Notes under the pieces: model-generated | The model's input: the letters and a program-made list of their open reading frames with translations, nothing else | Told to the model about the DNA's origin: nothing | Database searches by the model: none | Assembly: GCF_009914755.1 (NCBI RefSeq) | Contig: NC_060930.1 | Length of the DNA: 64,000 bases | DNA from: the human T2T-CHM13v2.0 reference genome, Homo sapiens | Reading direction: 5' to 3' (one strand) | Part shown: positions 30,022 through 43,759 of the stretch, in pieces | Position numbering within the stretch: the stretch's first letter is position 1 | Layout: each line of letters starts with the position of its first letter | Position numbers and translations under genes: made by a program

Positions 30022-33000
30022 TAAAAACTCATACATTTTAAATTTAAAAATGAGTGATTTTAGCTGCAAAAGTAGAAATCAAATGTTGGTCTCAAATTGG
30101 TAAAAACTTCAATCCAGTTATGAAGGCTTTCGGCTTTCAGTTAAATGTGGGGAGAACCAGTAGGCAACTCCACTGCTACAGTATTCATGCTCCACCATAG
30201 TCTACCTTTCACAGTATTTTAACTTAATTCAAGCATCTACTGTTCTCAAAATAAGACTTATTTTGAGAACATTTACTAGATTTACTAGAAAGAAGTTATT
30301 TTTCTTTAAATTTTAAAAATTCTGTTCAACATACATAAATCAAAAATCTCCTAGGAGTCAGAAATTGTGCCTATTTTTAAAAATTATGGGGTTACTTAAA
30401 TGTTATCTTAAGTTAAAAACAATTTATTTTCTAAGTAAATGCAACTTCTGCTTTGTGATGGGATTCAAATAGATCACTTGATTTATGAAAGTTATTTCTT
30501 CTTATAGCAAACTTTGCTGGGCCCAGTAGGATCTTTTAGGTAACACATACATATATATGTAATAGGCAGCAAATTTGCTCCCTAAGAAGACAGAAAGCTC
30601 TTTGGTGTGCCTGTTAGTTTCTGGGTCAGACACTTAAAGAAATCCAAGATAACCAAAGCAACAGTGTATTTCTCCCCCCTGGGAAAGAGGAGACCCAAGA
30701 GTCCTAAATTATCCTGAAAGAAAGGCCTAGATGATGGAGAAGTGGGTGAAATTCTGGAACGCAGTCCCAATTGAATGAATGAACAATTAATTAACTGAAC
30801 AATTAATTGAACTTCCTGCACTTAGCCCACAGCAGTGCTAAGTGGCATTTCTGGCGTGCACTGGGGAGCACACTGACTACCTGCAGGAAGGCCAAGTGCA
30901 GTGGAAAGGAAAGTGGCCTTGTGTTTGACACGGCTAGGTCCTGTTAATATCCAGGAGTGTGCTTCTGTGTCTGCGCCAGCTGGTCAGAATGCAAGAGCAA
31001 GAATGGAGCAAAATGAGGGGGAAGAAGGTTTGGCAGATTGGGGAAAATGGGAAAGGGGAGGGTTACACTAAAAATGTTTAGGGAAGAGGAGGGAAAATGG
31101 TGGCGACTTCCAAGACGGTGCTGGGATTCACCCCAAATGCTCTCTCTGAGAATGCCACATTTCTTGTGGGAGTCGGGAGTGGAAAACATTAAACGCAGAA
31201 ACTGTAAAAAAAGTAAACAGTGGGAGTAGAGGAGTCTGTAATGAAACAAATTCCTGGCGTAATCAGTTTGGGAGGGGAAGAGAAGAATTTCAATTACTGT
31301 GCTACTCCCATGTCCCTCCCCAAACACACACACTCTCCAGCTGCATTCTGAGGCACTTGGAACTCAGACAACTGAGACGGAAAGTATTTTTAAAATCTAA
31401 TTTACTTAGTCCCTTTGTTTACTTTGTGCATGTCCCTCATTTTAGACAATGAAAGGACATTCTTTATTTGCTCCTGTTTTTTAGAGCTGACACAAGGCAG
31501 CAACGTGTGTGCTCTCAGTCACCTCTCTGTGGCTTACAGATACAGGAATGTGTGGTGGTGGTGATGGTGGTGGTGGTGGGTTTTTTCCTGGGATTCTGGA
31601 GAATTGTGGCCACTGGAGTCAGACGCCCTTGGGAAGTACTGCCTATGGCCACCGACGCTTAGCTAGAGTTGCAGCCCTCTGTCTTTGTTGACCCTGCTTC
31701 AGTATTTATAGTTGAGACTATATCATTAGCATTGGATGACGTATTGCCAGGTATGATTTATGAATTATGTAATGAGGATCGGTCTTCTTTTCCTTACTGG
31801 ATTGCCAGCTCCATGAACCCAGTGATAATTCTAAGAATAACCAACATGCAACGAGTTCTTGCTATGAGTCAGGTACAGGACCAATTGCAAATGTTTTACA
31901 TGGCCTGCCTCGATAAATTCTCACAATAATCCTATTGATTAAGAAGACACTGTCTCCATTGTACAGATGAGGAAACTGAGGCTCTGAAAAGTTCAAGATT
32001 ATTCAGTCACTAAAGTGTAGTGCCAGGAAAATAAATCAGTTTTCTTAGAAATTAATGTGTGTGTTCATGGGTAGAGGGGGCAGTAAGAAAGTTTCCTTAT
32101 CTGTAAAAATGGAGTGGTGCTACATGCCTGGTCTACGTCAAAGGGGTGTTGGCTGGACCAGGTGTGATCATGTGAAGGAGGAACCAAACCATCTGAAGCA
32201 CGCGGGCAGGGGTGGTTCCCTCTCCCACTCTCTTCTCCAGCAAACATACAAGTCCTCTCTCACACATGGTAATCCAAACACCTCCAATTCTGCACTGAAG
32301 GAAGCTGCTTTTTCATAAGTCTGCTGCTCTCTTTAGTTATCACAGACATTAATTGCATAGTGGATGCAAGTTCATTTATTTGACAGATAGTATTTGAGGA
32401 CCTGTGAAAAACTAGTTTCTATGGAGGATACAAACAAACTTAAAACACGATTCCAGTCTGTCCTTGAGGGATTGAAGGTCTCATTTGAAAGATGAAACAA
32501 ACTTCATAACTGAGGTATTATGAAGAGCATAGTATTTGAACCAAGCAGATGGCGTTTAGCCCCTCTAATTTCTAGTTGGCATCTTGGGCGAGTCTCATAT
32601 ATATCTGTCTCAGTTATTTCTCAAATAACACAGAGAAGTAAGACCTCCTTCACAGGATTATACATTATGTGATTTTTTTTTAATGAGAAAGCATTTACCA
32701 GTTGTAAAGCATTAGGGGTGCAGACCTCAGAACTTGATGAAACACTAAATCACGACACAAGGCAACATAGACAACAGGTGCTGGGTGAGTCTGGAGGGAG
32801 GTTGGCTTGACAGGTGTGCTTGTATGAGTGTGGTGGGATGGGTATGAGTAGGCCTTACAGAGGGGATGGGCTGAAGCTGAGCCTGGGGCCAGGGACAAGA
32901 AGGAAGAGAGGGCCTGTTTTAGACAGAGGATGCAGTTCTGCCAAGGGATGGAGGCTCAAAGGAAGAAGAACAGCAGAAGGCAGGCCAGCCTGACAGAGTA

Positions 33001-33428
33001 GACAGGTCACGGTGAGAAGTGTTGGGAAAGAGTGTTGGGAAGAATGAAGGAAAAGACAAATCGGGGCTTCGGATGCATCAAGTCCATGGACAATGGGAAA
33101 CATCAAAGGTTTCCTGTGCATGAAAGTGGCCTGATTAAAGCATTATTTTAGGAATAATAACCTTAGAATCACATAAAGGATGGGTCAGAGAGAGAGAAAA
33201 AGAGAATGTGTGAACCTGGAAAGATGAAGACCAGTTTGAAGAACAATGAGACTCTCAGGGTGGCAGTGGTGAGACTTGAACCAGTTGTAGGCTTTGAGAA
33301 TGAAAAAGAGAGTTTGGAGGAAGAGAGAGTGCAATAGGAGAATGCTCTAGACTTGGCTACTGATCAACAATGAAGGCAGCAATAGAAAGGAGCAGGAAGT
33401 GTTTAGTGCCTAGAAAATAGAAGAAAAA

Positions 33429-33707
33429 GACCAGGAGCAGTGGCTCACGTCTGTAATCCCAGCACTTTGGGAGGTCGAGGTGGGTGGATCACAAGGTCAG
33501 GAGTTCAAGACCAGCCTGGCCAAGATGGTGAAACCCCGTCTCTACTAAAAATACAAAAATTAGCCTGTCATGGTGGCATGTTTCTGTAATCCCAGCTACT
33601 CGGGAGGCTGAGGCAGAGAATTGCTTAAACCCAGGAGGCAGAGGTTGCAGTGAGCTAAGATCGTACCACTGCACTCCAGCCTGAGCAACAGAGTGAGACT
33701 CTGTCTC

Positions 33708-33733
<26 letters not shown>
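33429..33733 (+). mobile_element. Alu (AluSg-like)
   Basis: Full length; TSD agaaaatagaagaaaaa on both sides. Confidence 0.95.
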
Positions 33734-33739
<6 letters not shown>

Positions 33740-34568
33740 TAGAAGAAAAAAGGAGTTCAAGAAGAGCTCAACTCAGAGGAAAAGGATACAAATTGATGTA
33801 TGCAATGTTAGACATACATGATAAGAGAACATCCAAGTGAAACTATCTAGATGATAGCAGGGCTCTGGGTGTAGAACAATTCACATAAAGATAACAAGGA
33901 GAATATGCCAAGCTCACCAGGGATGAAGGTAGAGGCAGAAGATGAACACTTATGGGGTGAGCCTCGAGCTGTTCCACATTTAAACAACAGGTAGAAGACA
34001 GGAAACAGAATACATTCTGTAGGAGTGAAAAGAGTGTGGCTCCTGGTGTTTGTAAGTCATTAAACTGCACTCTAAAAACAGAACAGTAGTTGCTTTTCAT
34101 CCAAGCCTGTAATCTAGAACTGTCACACTGAGGACTTCTAAAGCTGGGAACATAGCATGGGAAAGGGTCTAGATCACAACTCTCTGAAGACTCAGACTCT
34201 CACACCTGAAGTCCTGCTAGGGTCCCACGGATGATGGCCTTAGTACTACTGAAATGACTAATCCTATGTTTTTAGATGTCTGTGCCCATATGTGCACCAG
34301 AAACTTAGTTGCAATGCCATTGTCCATTCCTTGCTTCTTCTTTGCTAATCGTAACTTGCTAATCGGGTCAGTGAAGTGCTGGGCACCAAGTGAAATACTT
34401 GCCTTTGCAGACTCTCTTGTAGCTAAGACTGGATCCTGAGACACAGTTCTGGACAATGACGTGTGAGCAGGGGGCTGCTGGGAGCCACGGAAGGCTTTTG
34501 CCCTCCTTCATGGAAGGTTCTCTGTTCATGCAGCTAAACATACTCTTCATTTATGCAACGTACGTTAC

Positions 34569-34678
34569 CTTTTCAGATCCACAGTGGTGACATTGAACAC
34601 GACTCCTTTCAGCCAGAGGATCATGAAGAGGCGCTGAGAGAAAGGACAGTTGCCGATGCTTTCTCCATCGATTCCAGC
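34569..34678 (-). CDS. CLIC5: CLIC5 exon 2 ([36 protein letters not shown]+AG), containing the CPFS motif and putative transmembrane segment
   Basis: Minus strand tcttctttccag|GCTGGAATC...CTGAAAAG|gtaacg; 110 nt, phase 0 to 2. Translation is the CLIC N-terminal thioredoxin-like domain. Confidence 0.97.
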
Positions 34679-37423
34679 CTGGAAAGAAGAGAACCAGTGT
34701 CCTGAGTGGGCAGGTGCAATTAGCAAGGGGAACATAAGATTGTAACACCCAAATGCAGGTCTGAGGAGACCTTACTAAAACCATGTCCCAGCAACTTCAA
34801 AGGGCGGTAGCCTGATATTATTCGTTTTTGCCTTAATGTCCACGCAGGGCAATGCCTGGCAGCATGTAAGGGCTCAATAAATACTTGCTGAATTGAACTT
34901 GATGATTATGCAGAATCATAACTTTATGAAATCATAGAACCCTTGGGGTAAAAATAGACCTGCAACATCACTTAGTCTGACACAAATGATATTGGAATGC
35001 CAACATCTACACCCCCAAGTAATCATCTAGTTTCTGCTTGAATATCTCCACTGACCAGTCAGTTGTATTAATATCTCTCAAAGCAGTTCATTCTGAGGAT
35101 TGCTCTAACAATTAGAAATGCTTTCCTTCGGCTACCTAGCCAAAATATGTTCCTCTGTAGTTTACCCTCCCCCACCCCTCAGTCCTTGGATGTCATGAAT
35201 ATAAATATCTCAGACTTTGATCCCATCTCCCTATATGGAGGCTAATCAGGAAGCTCAAGGCTTTAATCAATACACCACTTAGTTCTGGCTAGTACTTGGC
35301 CTTCACTGTCAATAATCCATTCATTTGTTACACTTTTACTCAACAAATACATATTGACTATCAGTTATGTGCAAGACACTGGAGAAAATTACCCAGGGGA
35401 TTGAAAATTGAATTCCTCCAAGGAGCTTATGGCCTTCTGTAGGTGGGCTTGGGGATAAGACAGGAACATATGTAAAAATAACAGAATTATTATTGGGTGT
35501 TCTGTGCTTCTGTCATTTCATTTCCCTTCCTCAAAACAGTAGGCTTTTTTAGGTCTGAAAAGCAAGTCCATCTTTACTGCACTTCTGAGTGGGCTGCAGA
35601 TCCCTGAATTTCATAAAGAATTAATTTCAAGCAAACCTATGAACAAACAAAAAAGGTTGGGGAATTGGTCTCTGTAGAATTCATTTCCATAGGGTGGTTT
35701 ATTGGCCCCCAACATAATACTTAGAGGAAGAAATAACCCATTTGCTCCAGACTCTGATGTTGGCTGCCCTGGAAACCATGGCCCCTGCAGGTGGCCTGGC
35801 AGGGCATTCCACTGACAGGAAGGGCCTGTGTGGGCCAGGGTACTGAAGACTCGTACAAAGCTGTAAACAATCCGACCAATATCCAGGAATGGGGGCTTAC
35901 TGAGTTTTTTTTTTTTTTTTTCAAAAGAAAGGGAGAAAACAAATGCGTTCTCGAAGCTCAACACACTGTTTTCTCCCTTGAGGTTTGTTTTGCTATGGCA
36001 TTCAGATGGGGAGGCAGCGATGCCTTCTTTCATACATTAGAACCTCATTGTGTGCTTTTTTCTACCTTGCAAATTGCTCCCAGCAGGGGCTCAGGTTTAT
36101 AATGGAAAACTGGAACTTTTGACAGTGTTGGCTGTATGTAATTGCTATGAAATTACAGTTATTTTACCTCCCTCTTAACTACACCAAAAGCCCCACTCCC
36201 TATTCAGTTCTCACTTTTCCTCAGTGCTGGAAGCAGACCCACCCCTGAGTCTTGAGAAAGCACGGACTCCGTTATATAAAATGGGAAAGGTAGGAGGGTA
36301 CAGTGTGGGCGCTACACCTTCCCACGGAGGTAAAGTTACCAATAAAGCATGCTCAGACAGGTGGCTATCAATTTAATAATAGCTTGGTGCTAACTTGAGT
36401 TTATGATGTACGTTCCCTAGGAACTTCTCAAGAAGCACTTGACAGGTACCAGGTTCTCGGTCCTTTAAGACATCCCGACACAGGAAGAATTTCCCCAGGG
36501 CCAGTTATGGTGGAAGTAACAAGAGGAGAACTGAAGAAAAAAGCAAAAACAAAAACAGAAGCCAGATCCATATACTGTTATCTGTTTTCCTCTGGTGGTG
36601 GTGGTGGGAGGATAAGGGAATTGAAGGAGGAACTAGCAAAATAGTGGACTTCTCAACTACATGAAAAATTCATATAATAATAATGTTAATAATAACATAT
36701 CTATATTGTCAAGCATTGTTCTAAAGGATTTACATATGTTATTAACTTGTTTATTTCTCATGAGAAGCCTGTGAAGTGGGATATTTTCAGCTTTTACAGA
36801 TGTGGAAATGGAGGCACAGAGAGATAAAATAACTGGCCTAAGGTTATCATCGTGGTGAAACCAGGACGAACGCAGGTGGTCTGGCTAGAGATCCAGTGCT
36901 CTGAGCTGCATGCCTGGAGCCAGCCTGAGGGTCCAGCCAGGTAACAGGTCCTCCCCAGGTGCTGCGGAGGGCTGGTGTTGAATTGTATGGACATCCTCTG
37001 ATCCGTGTGCAATCAGCTATGCCAGGAGCATAGGGCATGGTATCCTTCATGGCTCCCTACATTTTCATTATGTCTTATTAATCTTGTATTAAACTATGAT
37101 TCTGGGTTTAGTAAACAAAAATTGTCAAAGACCAATAGAAATATGCGAGGATGCTACCATTTACTTTCACTGTCTGGGTGTCCCTCTTTCAGCTTCTTCT
37201 ATTCCCCTTCAAATCCCAACAGCCTTGCGGCCCTAAGAAATTGTTTGTTAAACTCATGGGTTAAATATCGTGATCTGTGACGACCATCTGAAACATCAAC
37301 AGAGAAGAACCAGGTGGGGCTCAGTTGGGCCCCACATCCTGAAAAGTGTGAGGGAAAACCCAGGTGTACTTTGTTCCAGAGAGATTTTTGAGCACTGGGG
37401 GCCAGGGACCGGCACAAAAACAG

Positions 37424-37831
37424 TGTCCTAGGTTGAATCATGTTCCCCCAAATTCATGTCCCCCTGGAATGTGTGGATGGGACCTTATTGGGAAACAGGG
37501 TCCTTGCAGGTGGAATCAACTTGAAGATGAGGTCATATTGGATTAGAATGGGCTCTAAACATGACTGATGTCCTTACAAGAAGAGGGAAATTTCGGCACA
37601 GACATGCAGAGGACAAAGTCATGTGAAGATGAAGGCAATGATTGAAGTGATGTATCTACAAGCCAACGAACACCAAGGATTGGTGGCAGACACCAAAAGC
37701 TAGAAGAGAAAAGGAGAGCCTGGCTCTGCCCACACCTTGATTTTGAACTTCTGGCCTCCAGAACTGTGAGAGAATCCGTTTCTGCTGCTATCAGCTATAC
37801 TATGTATAGCAATTTCTTGGAAACTGATGCA
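37424..37831 (+). mobile_element. MLT1B-like MaLR LTR
   Basis: ttgaatcatgttcccccaaattcat...gatgaggtcatattggattag...ctggcctccagaactgtgaga. Confidence 0.85.
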
Positions 37832-37858
37832 ATCAGGGAAGTGTCAAAAAGACAATTT

Positions 37859-37859
<1 letters not shown>

Positions 37860-37934
<75 letters not shown>
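37860..37934. repeat. (TA)n(CA)n(TA)n microsatellite
   Basis: Seen directly. Confidence 0.95.
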
Positions 37935-37937
<3 letters not shown>

Positions 37938-38636
37938 AGCTAATGGCAAACTTCCCAAGCTCATGATTCTGCTTTGAACACGATTGCCCGCTATAATCCT
38001 AAAGTACTTCCTGTTCCCTAGATACAGTGTATATAACAACTTATTATAAAATATCATGCCACATATAATATTCCATATGGTGATACCAGTAGTAGTAGCA
38101 TAATGTAATTATATAGGCTGTATGATTGCACTTCATCTGTTATATGCTGGATACTTCATATTATATGCTATTATATATTGTCTTTCATGTGAGCTCTCTC
38201 CATATATAATGAGCTTGGCTCCCTCAAAACATAGTTGAAGTTTTATTTACTTTGTCTTCAGCAGCAACAAGCACAGGCACCTGAAACTTACTTTCTATTC
38301 AGTGCCTATTTAAATGGATGCATGCTGAGGGGAGGGTGATGTCCCTCCCTTTTTGTGGCTTGAGGATCTCAAAATTCTCTCACTGACATTCTGAAAATCA
38401 TCCTAAAATACATGCATACATACTACATACATACATACATACTACATACATACATACATGGTTACCCTGAGTTATGTAGCACACTAGCCGGAGACTGTGG
38501 TTCTAGATCCATCTCTGCCTCTACTTCACTATGTGAATTACCTTAGATAAGTTACCCCCTCTTGGCCTCAACCACTGCACCTATAACTTCCTGCAATTTT
38601 GTAAATTCAAGTGGAAAATGGAGATTTATTTAAGAC

Positions 38637-39576
38637 CGCGGTTCTCAAACTTTTTAGTCTTAGAACTCTTTTATGCTTTTAAGGATTGTTGAGGATCCCA
38701 GAAAGGTTTTGTTTATGTGGATGATAGTTATTGATATTTACCGTGTTGTAAGTTAAAGCTGAAAAACATTTAAATATTTAGAAAAATGCTATAATAAATG
38801 TGTCTATTAACATACACAACATCTTAACACAAAATAACTATATTTTCTAAAAACAAGAAATTTAGTAAAAGTGGCAATGTTTTATATTTTTACAAAATCT
38901 TTAACATCTGACTTAGTAGAAGTCGGCTTCCACATTTAATCTCTTGGTATTTAGTTGGGGTATATGGGGCTTTTGTTGTTGTTGTTGTTGTTGTTTTTGA
39001 AACAGAGTCTTGCTCTGTCATCCAGGCTGGAGTGCAGTGGCGCGATCTCAGCTTATTGCAACTTCTGCCTCCCAGGCAGTAAATACTGACAAATATTAAG
39101 TCTGAGTAAGCATGGTGTGTCAGCCAGTTGCTCTTTCAGGTAAAAACTGCTTTGTGAGGGAGGCAGCTGGTTCAGCTGGCAACTCAATCATACAAGTGCT
39201 TTTCCTTCCACAACCATCAGACTTTGGAATGCAGCCAAAGAGCTTATGTGCATTTCCCATTTCATCAACCAGAATGTTTAGAAGACATGTATGCAAAGGT
39301 TGAGATTTAATCACATTATATAATTTTTAATGCTTCATCAAGGACATTCATAATTGAGGCTATTTTTTTTTTCTGCACATGCATGACTGGCTAGTCACAC
39401 TTATACCACTGCTTGGATTTGTGCTGAAACACTAGTAAACTTACCCACGAAATACCAATCCCAGAGAGAGAAGCATACCATATTGATATAACTCTAAAAA
39501 TAGTTGTGACCTCTTAAAACCCCTGAAAGCCTCTTAGCGACCCCAGAAGTCCATGAACAACATTGGAGAACCATTG
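38637..39576. mobile_element. Charlie1a/b-like hAT DNA transposon carrying a truncated Alu
   Basis: Ends gcggttctcaaact / ggagaaccattg; tttaagac on both flanks (TSD-like). Confidence 0.75.
38970..39076 (-). mobile_element. Alu 3' fragment with (GTT)n tail
   Basis: gagtcttgctctgtcatccaggctggagtgcagtggcgcgatctc. Confidence 0.9.
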
Positions 39577-39758
39577 TTTTAAGACATTCCATGAACACAC
39601 CAGATATGTAATACTTGGTTTCCAGATAATGAAGGGGAAGCTGATAATTGGCCAAAAGTCACTCGCGGGTACCCAAGTCCAGAAGTGGGAGGAATCATTC
39701 AGAGAGGATCCAAGAAGGAATTATAGAAAGTGACCAGATGACATTGAAGCTTGATAGA

Positions 39759-40498
39759 TGAGTCAGTTATCAATTTATTGCCTTTCAGCTCCAATGCACC
39801 CTTGAATATATGCTCTGTGAGAACAGGGGGAATTTCTTTAAACATTTCTCCTTTAAAGTGAGCACAAAGTTAGGCTTTCTCACCAGGGAGAACTAGAGGG
39901 GCACTGCAGGAGGAAGAGGCTTTCTTGCTGGCTGTGGTGTGGGCTGGGGGTGGGCCGTGTAGCTGTGAGGGCACGCAGTGGAGCCACCCCAGCTATAGGC
40001 TCAGCATGCAACCCCCCTGGCACCTCATAGCCTCAGCCTGGCAATAACCTTCCCAGCACTCTTGACACAGAAACCAAAGTCCCCATTAAGCCTATGTCCA
40101 GCCGGCCTATGGCCAGTGTGTCCACACAGCTTGGTCACCCCCTTTGCAAGCCCCACGTGTCCTGAAGGCCTTCTTCTCCACTAACACCTAGATCCTGCTG
40201 CATGCTGTACCGATGCTGATTGCCTGCTCCCTGCCTGAACTCTGGGGAGTGGGCTATTGCTTGCTCAGCGACTCCAGACCAGCTCTGGCCTGATCAAACC
40301 AGTGAGTTTCTGTGCCAGGTTCCAAACCACTTCTAAGTTTGTCCTTCCCTGGCTCCTCTCCCTCAGCCCTAGGGTACCATAGAGAGTTTCCTTATATGTC
40401 ATGGTTACTCTTTTATCTTAGTTAAAACTTCATGTTGAATTTCTCCTGTTTAAGCTACCATGTAGTTTCTCACTCCTGATTGGACCCAGACTACATCA
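39759..40498 (+). mobile_element. ERVL solo LTR (LTR41/LTR33-like)
   Basis: Start cagttatcaatttattgcctttcagctccaa; end gtttctc.ctcctgattggacccagact. Confidence 0.7.
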
Positions 40499-41410
40499 GA
40501 TGCTTAAATGTCTGTTATTTCAAAATGTAAGATTTTTGTGACCTTTGACTTCTTTAAAAACCTGGCAAGGTTAAGTCCTGGATGAAGTATTAGGAAAGAA
40601 ACCTCAGTTTTCTCAAGAAAGATAATTAAGTCACCACTTACGTCACATTTCCACTTTTTGTTGCTGTCGCCCATGAAACTTGTCCCTGAGGACTCAAGTG
40701 ATTAAATAATTTTGTTAAGTGTACAGATAAAAATTAAGCAACAGTAGGGCTGTAACTGACCTCAGGAATGCTATACTCCAGTTCTTTCTTTTTACTGGTA
40801 GAGAAATAGACCCAGAAAGGTTAAATGAATTGCCCATGGTAGCACAGCTGGTTCCCATAGCAGAATCAGGTCTCTCTAACTCCTGACTCTCAGTTCTGAG
40901 CAGACCACACTGGCTGCTGTCCTCTAGAAAAGAGTGACAAAGTGGCAAAGGCCACATGAAAAGGACTTTCTTTAAACATAATAGCTCATTTAAACTGTTT
41001 AGACAAAGAAGCTTTCTTTATAATAATATTTCCAGCTGCCCATTTTTTAATTAGTTAGTGTAAGTCAGACAACATTTCTAGTTGTGACTATTTTTTTTTT
41101 AATACCAAACAGTCTATCCTTCCAATAATTTGGTTGGCAAGACTTCAATTAGCAGGGATGGGACTTGGTGGTACGTGGTCCACATGAGGACAGAGAGGTC
41201 TACCCTTGAAGAAATCAACATTTCCTTTCTCAGAAGCCACAAAAGGCCTAATTCACTGGGGTCACCCAGGCATTTTTCATTCAAGAAACAGGTAACAGGT
41301 ATACATTTGAGGCTACAGAGATCCTCAACATTTATCTAAAGTTTAATGTATGGGCTTAATTAGCTCTATGTAGACCACTACCTGTGCAATGTGATATGAA
41401 GAATTCTAGG

Positions 41411-41498
41411 TATATTGGTCAGAGTTCTCCAGAGACAGAACCAGCACAACATGTATGTGTGTGTGTGTGTGTATTTATATATACATACACATATATGT

Positions 41499-41532
<34 letters not shown>

Positions 41533-42026
41533 CCTGTTATATCTACTATATATGGAGAAACGTATACACATCTTATTTTTATATAATACATTATAATAAC
41601 ATAATATTATATATATGTGTGTGTATATATATATACACATATATATAATACATATCAGTTGGGGTGTGAAGAGAGAGAGATTTATTTTAAGGAACTGGCT
41701 CACACAGTTGTGGAGGCTTGGTGTGTTCAGAATCTGCAGGGTAGGCCAGCAGGCTGAAGCCCCGGGGAAGAGCCGCAGTTCGAGTCCAAAGGCAGCCTGC
41801 TGGCAGAATTCCCATTTCTTCAGAGGAGGGGGTCAGTCTTTTTTTCTATGAGGCCTACCCACACTATAAAGGGCAATCTGCTTTACTCAAAGTTCACCAA
41901 TTTAAATGTTAATGTCATCCAAAAAAAAAAAAAAAAAGCACCTTCACAGAAGCATCCAGAGTAATGTCTGGTCAATATCTGGGCACTATGGCCCAGCCAA
42001 GTTGATATATAAAGTTAACCATTACA
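41411..42026 (-). mobile_element. MLT2-type ERVL LTR with internal (TG)/(CA)/(TA) microsatellites
   Basis: gttctccagagacagaacca...aaggaactggctcacacagttgtggaggct...cccagccaagttga.atataaagttaaccattaca. Confidence 0.85.
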
Positions 42027-42744
42027 CCTGGCATATTTAAATATTTTACTTGATTCAGGTAACCTATTAATTCAGTAGCTGTCATCTGCACCTTAGCTCA
42101 CCAGATGGTTTTGTAAACAATTGAATATAGTTGTGTACATGTCCCCTCCCAAAAGAACTTGTAGGCTCCAGACTTAGCGGGCTCCTTGGTTTACGCCTCT
42201 AAGTGAGCAGGATCCAGTGGTGCCTTTGATGCATAACTAGCCTGGTCTGATGGTGGCTTTGGGCCCAAGGCTGCCTACAACTTTGTATGTTGCACAGTGC
42301 CACTGTGTTCATGGCCCATTGGGGTGTCTGTCCTTTAGCCTGCCTTGAGCTTTACGTCCATCTGCCACTGAGTGTATGTTCACCCTCCTGTGCTTCACAC
42401 ACTCTCTGAGAAAGAACTGCCCTTTCCAACTCATCACCACTGTCCCTTCTCCCAGCCCCTTCTTTCTACTCCTACATGGCTTCTTTTCTATTATTTCATG
42501 TCCCGCTATTTGAATAAATGAATGGGTTTCTTTTAAACCTCTTGCCAGCCTTTCTTCTATTTAACAACTTCTGAAATTGTTGTCTTTCAATCTCTTTCCG
42601 GGTTAATCAATTCTTTTTTTTTTCCTTTGTGTCTTCATCCTACCTGATATTCGTCTTATAGCTAAAACTTTTGATTATCCTTTCTTCTTAAAGCTCAGCC
42701 ATCTGCAGCCTCCCTTGCCACTTGGTGCCTCTTAGGTGGGAGGA

Positions 42745-42902
42745 GCCAGCTTAACAGGCAGGCAGTCTGTGCAGTTGCATGGGGCCCCATTAAACTTGGT
42801 TTAATGCTCTGCTGTTGCTATCCTGAAATTCTTAATAATTTTGGAGCATAGGGTCCCTCATTTTCATTTGGCAGTAGGCACTGCACATTATGCACTGGCC
42901 TG
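42745..42902. mobile_element. MER91A-like hAT-Tip100 MITE
   Basis: cttggtttaatgctctgctgttgc...tgaaattcttaataatttt...cattttcattt. Confidence 0.65.
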
Positions 42903-43759
42903 CCTGTGGACCCCTTATTTTTCTTGCTGACATCCTCCTTTTTCTGGCATTTGCCCTCTCAGCTCACCACTCTTCTCCTCCATGCTTGGTGCTCTTTGGA
43001 GAACTTACCTTGAGAACATGACTGTCCTTCCCAAGTCAGCAATAACTCTGGCTTCTAGGCCTATAAACATGCTACTTACCCTAAGCTTAAAAAAAAAAAG
43101 TAGAAAGGAAAGTCAGAGAAGGAAAGAAAACAAGGGAAAATGTTGAAAGGCTTGCTTGGCTCAAGTCTCCCTTGTTGGTTCCACCTCCTAGCCTATCTCA
43201 CTGCAATGTCATATGTTATTCTAGAATTTGCCTCATTTCAATTAAATATCTTGCCAGTTACTAGATACTTGAGGTTTTCTTATAAGTCAGACAATATGCC
43301 TTGTTATTACTATTTTTCAAAACTAAATGATCTGACCTTCCAATAATCTAGTTGCTATGCTCCATTAGCATGAATGTGACTCAGTGATTTGTTTTATTTA
43401 TCTACTCTCAGAAACCTGTAAGTACTCAAGAAATGTAAGACTGATGGCCTTGGTATGTCTTCCAAGTGATTCCACCAATCTTGGGAAGGAAGAATGGTTC
43501 TCATATGTTAATATTATCAACCTTCACCATGCCTTGGGAGAGCCCAAAGTCCACACTCTCTGCCTCCAAGTTTGGCTGTTTCTGCTCACTAGCCCAGGTG
43601 TAATATTTAACAGCTAAATTCCATTGCAGTAGAGGCAGATTTCAGTCCTCAGCTTCACAGAATACTGTGGTACAGTATTAAGGGCATTGTATAGACTCAT
43701 GCAAACCTGGGTTCAAATTCCTCCCCTGACACCAACCAGCAGAAAAAATGTCTGCAGCA

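Noticed and set aside
34557-34566. 10-bp palindrome aacgtacgtt next to the exon 2 donor
   Set aside because: Too short; expected by chance many times in 64 kb.
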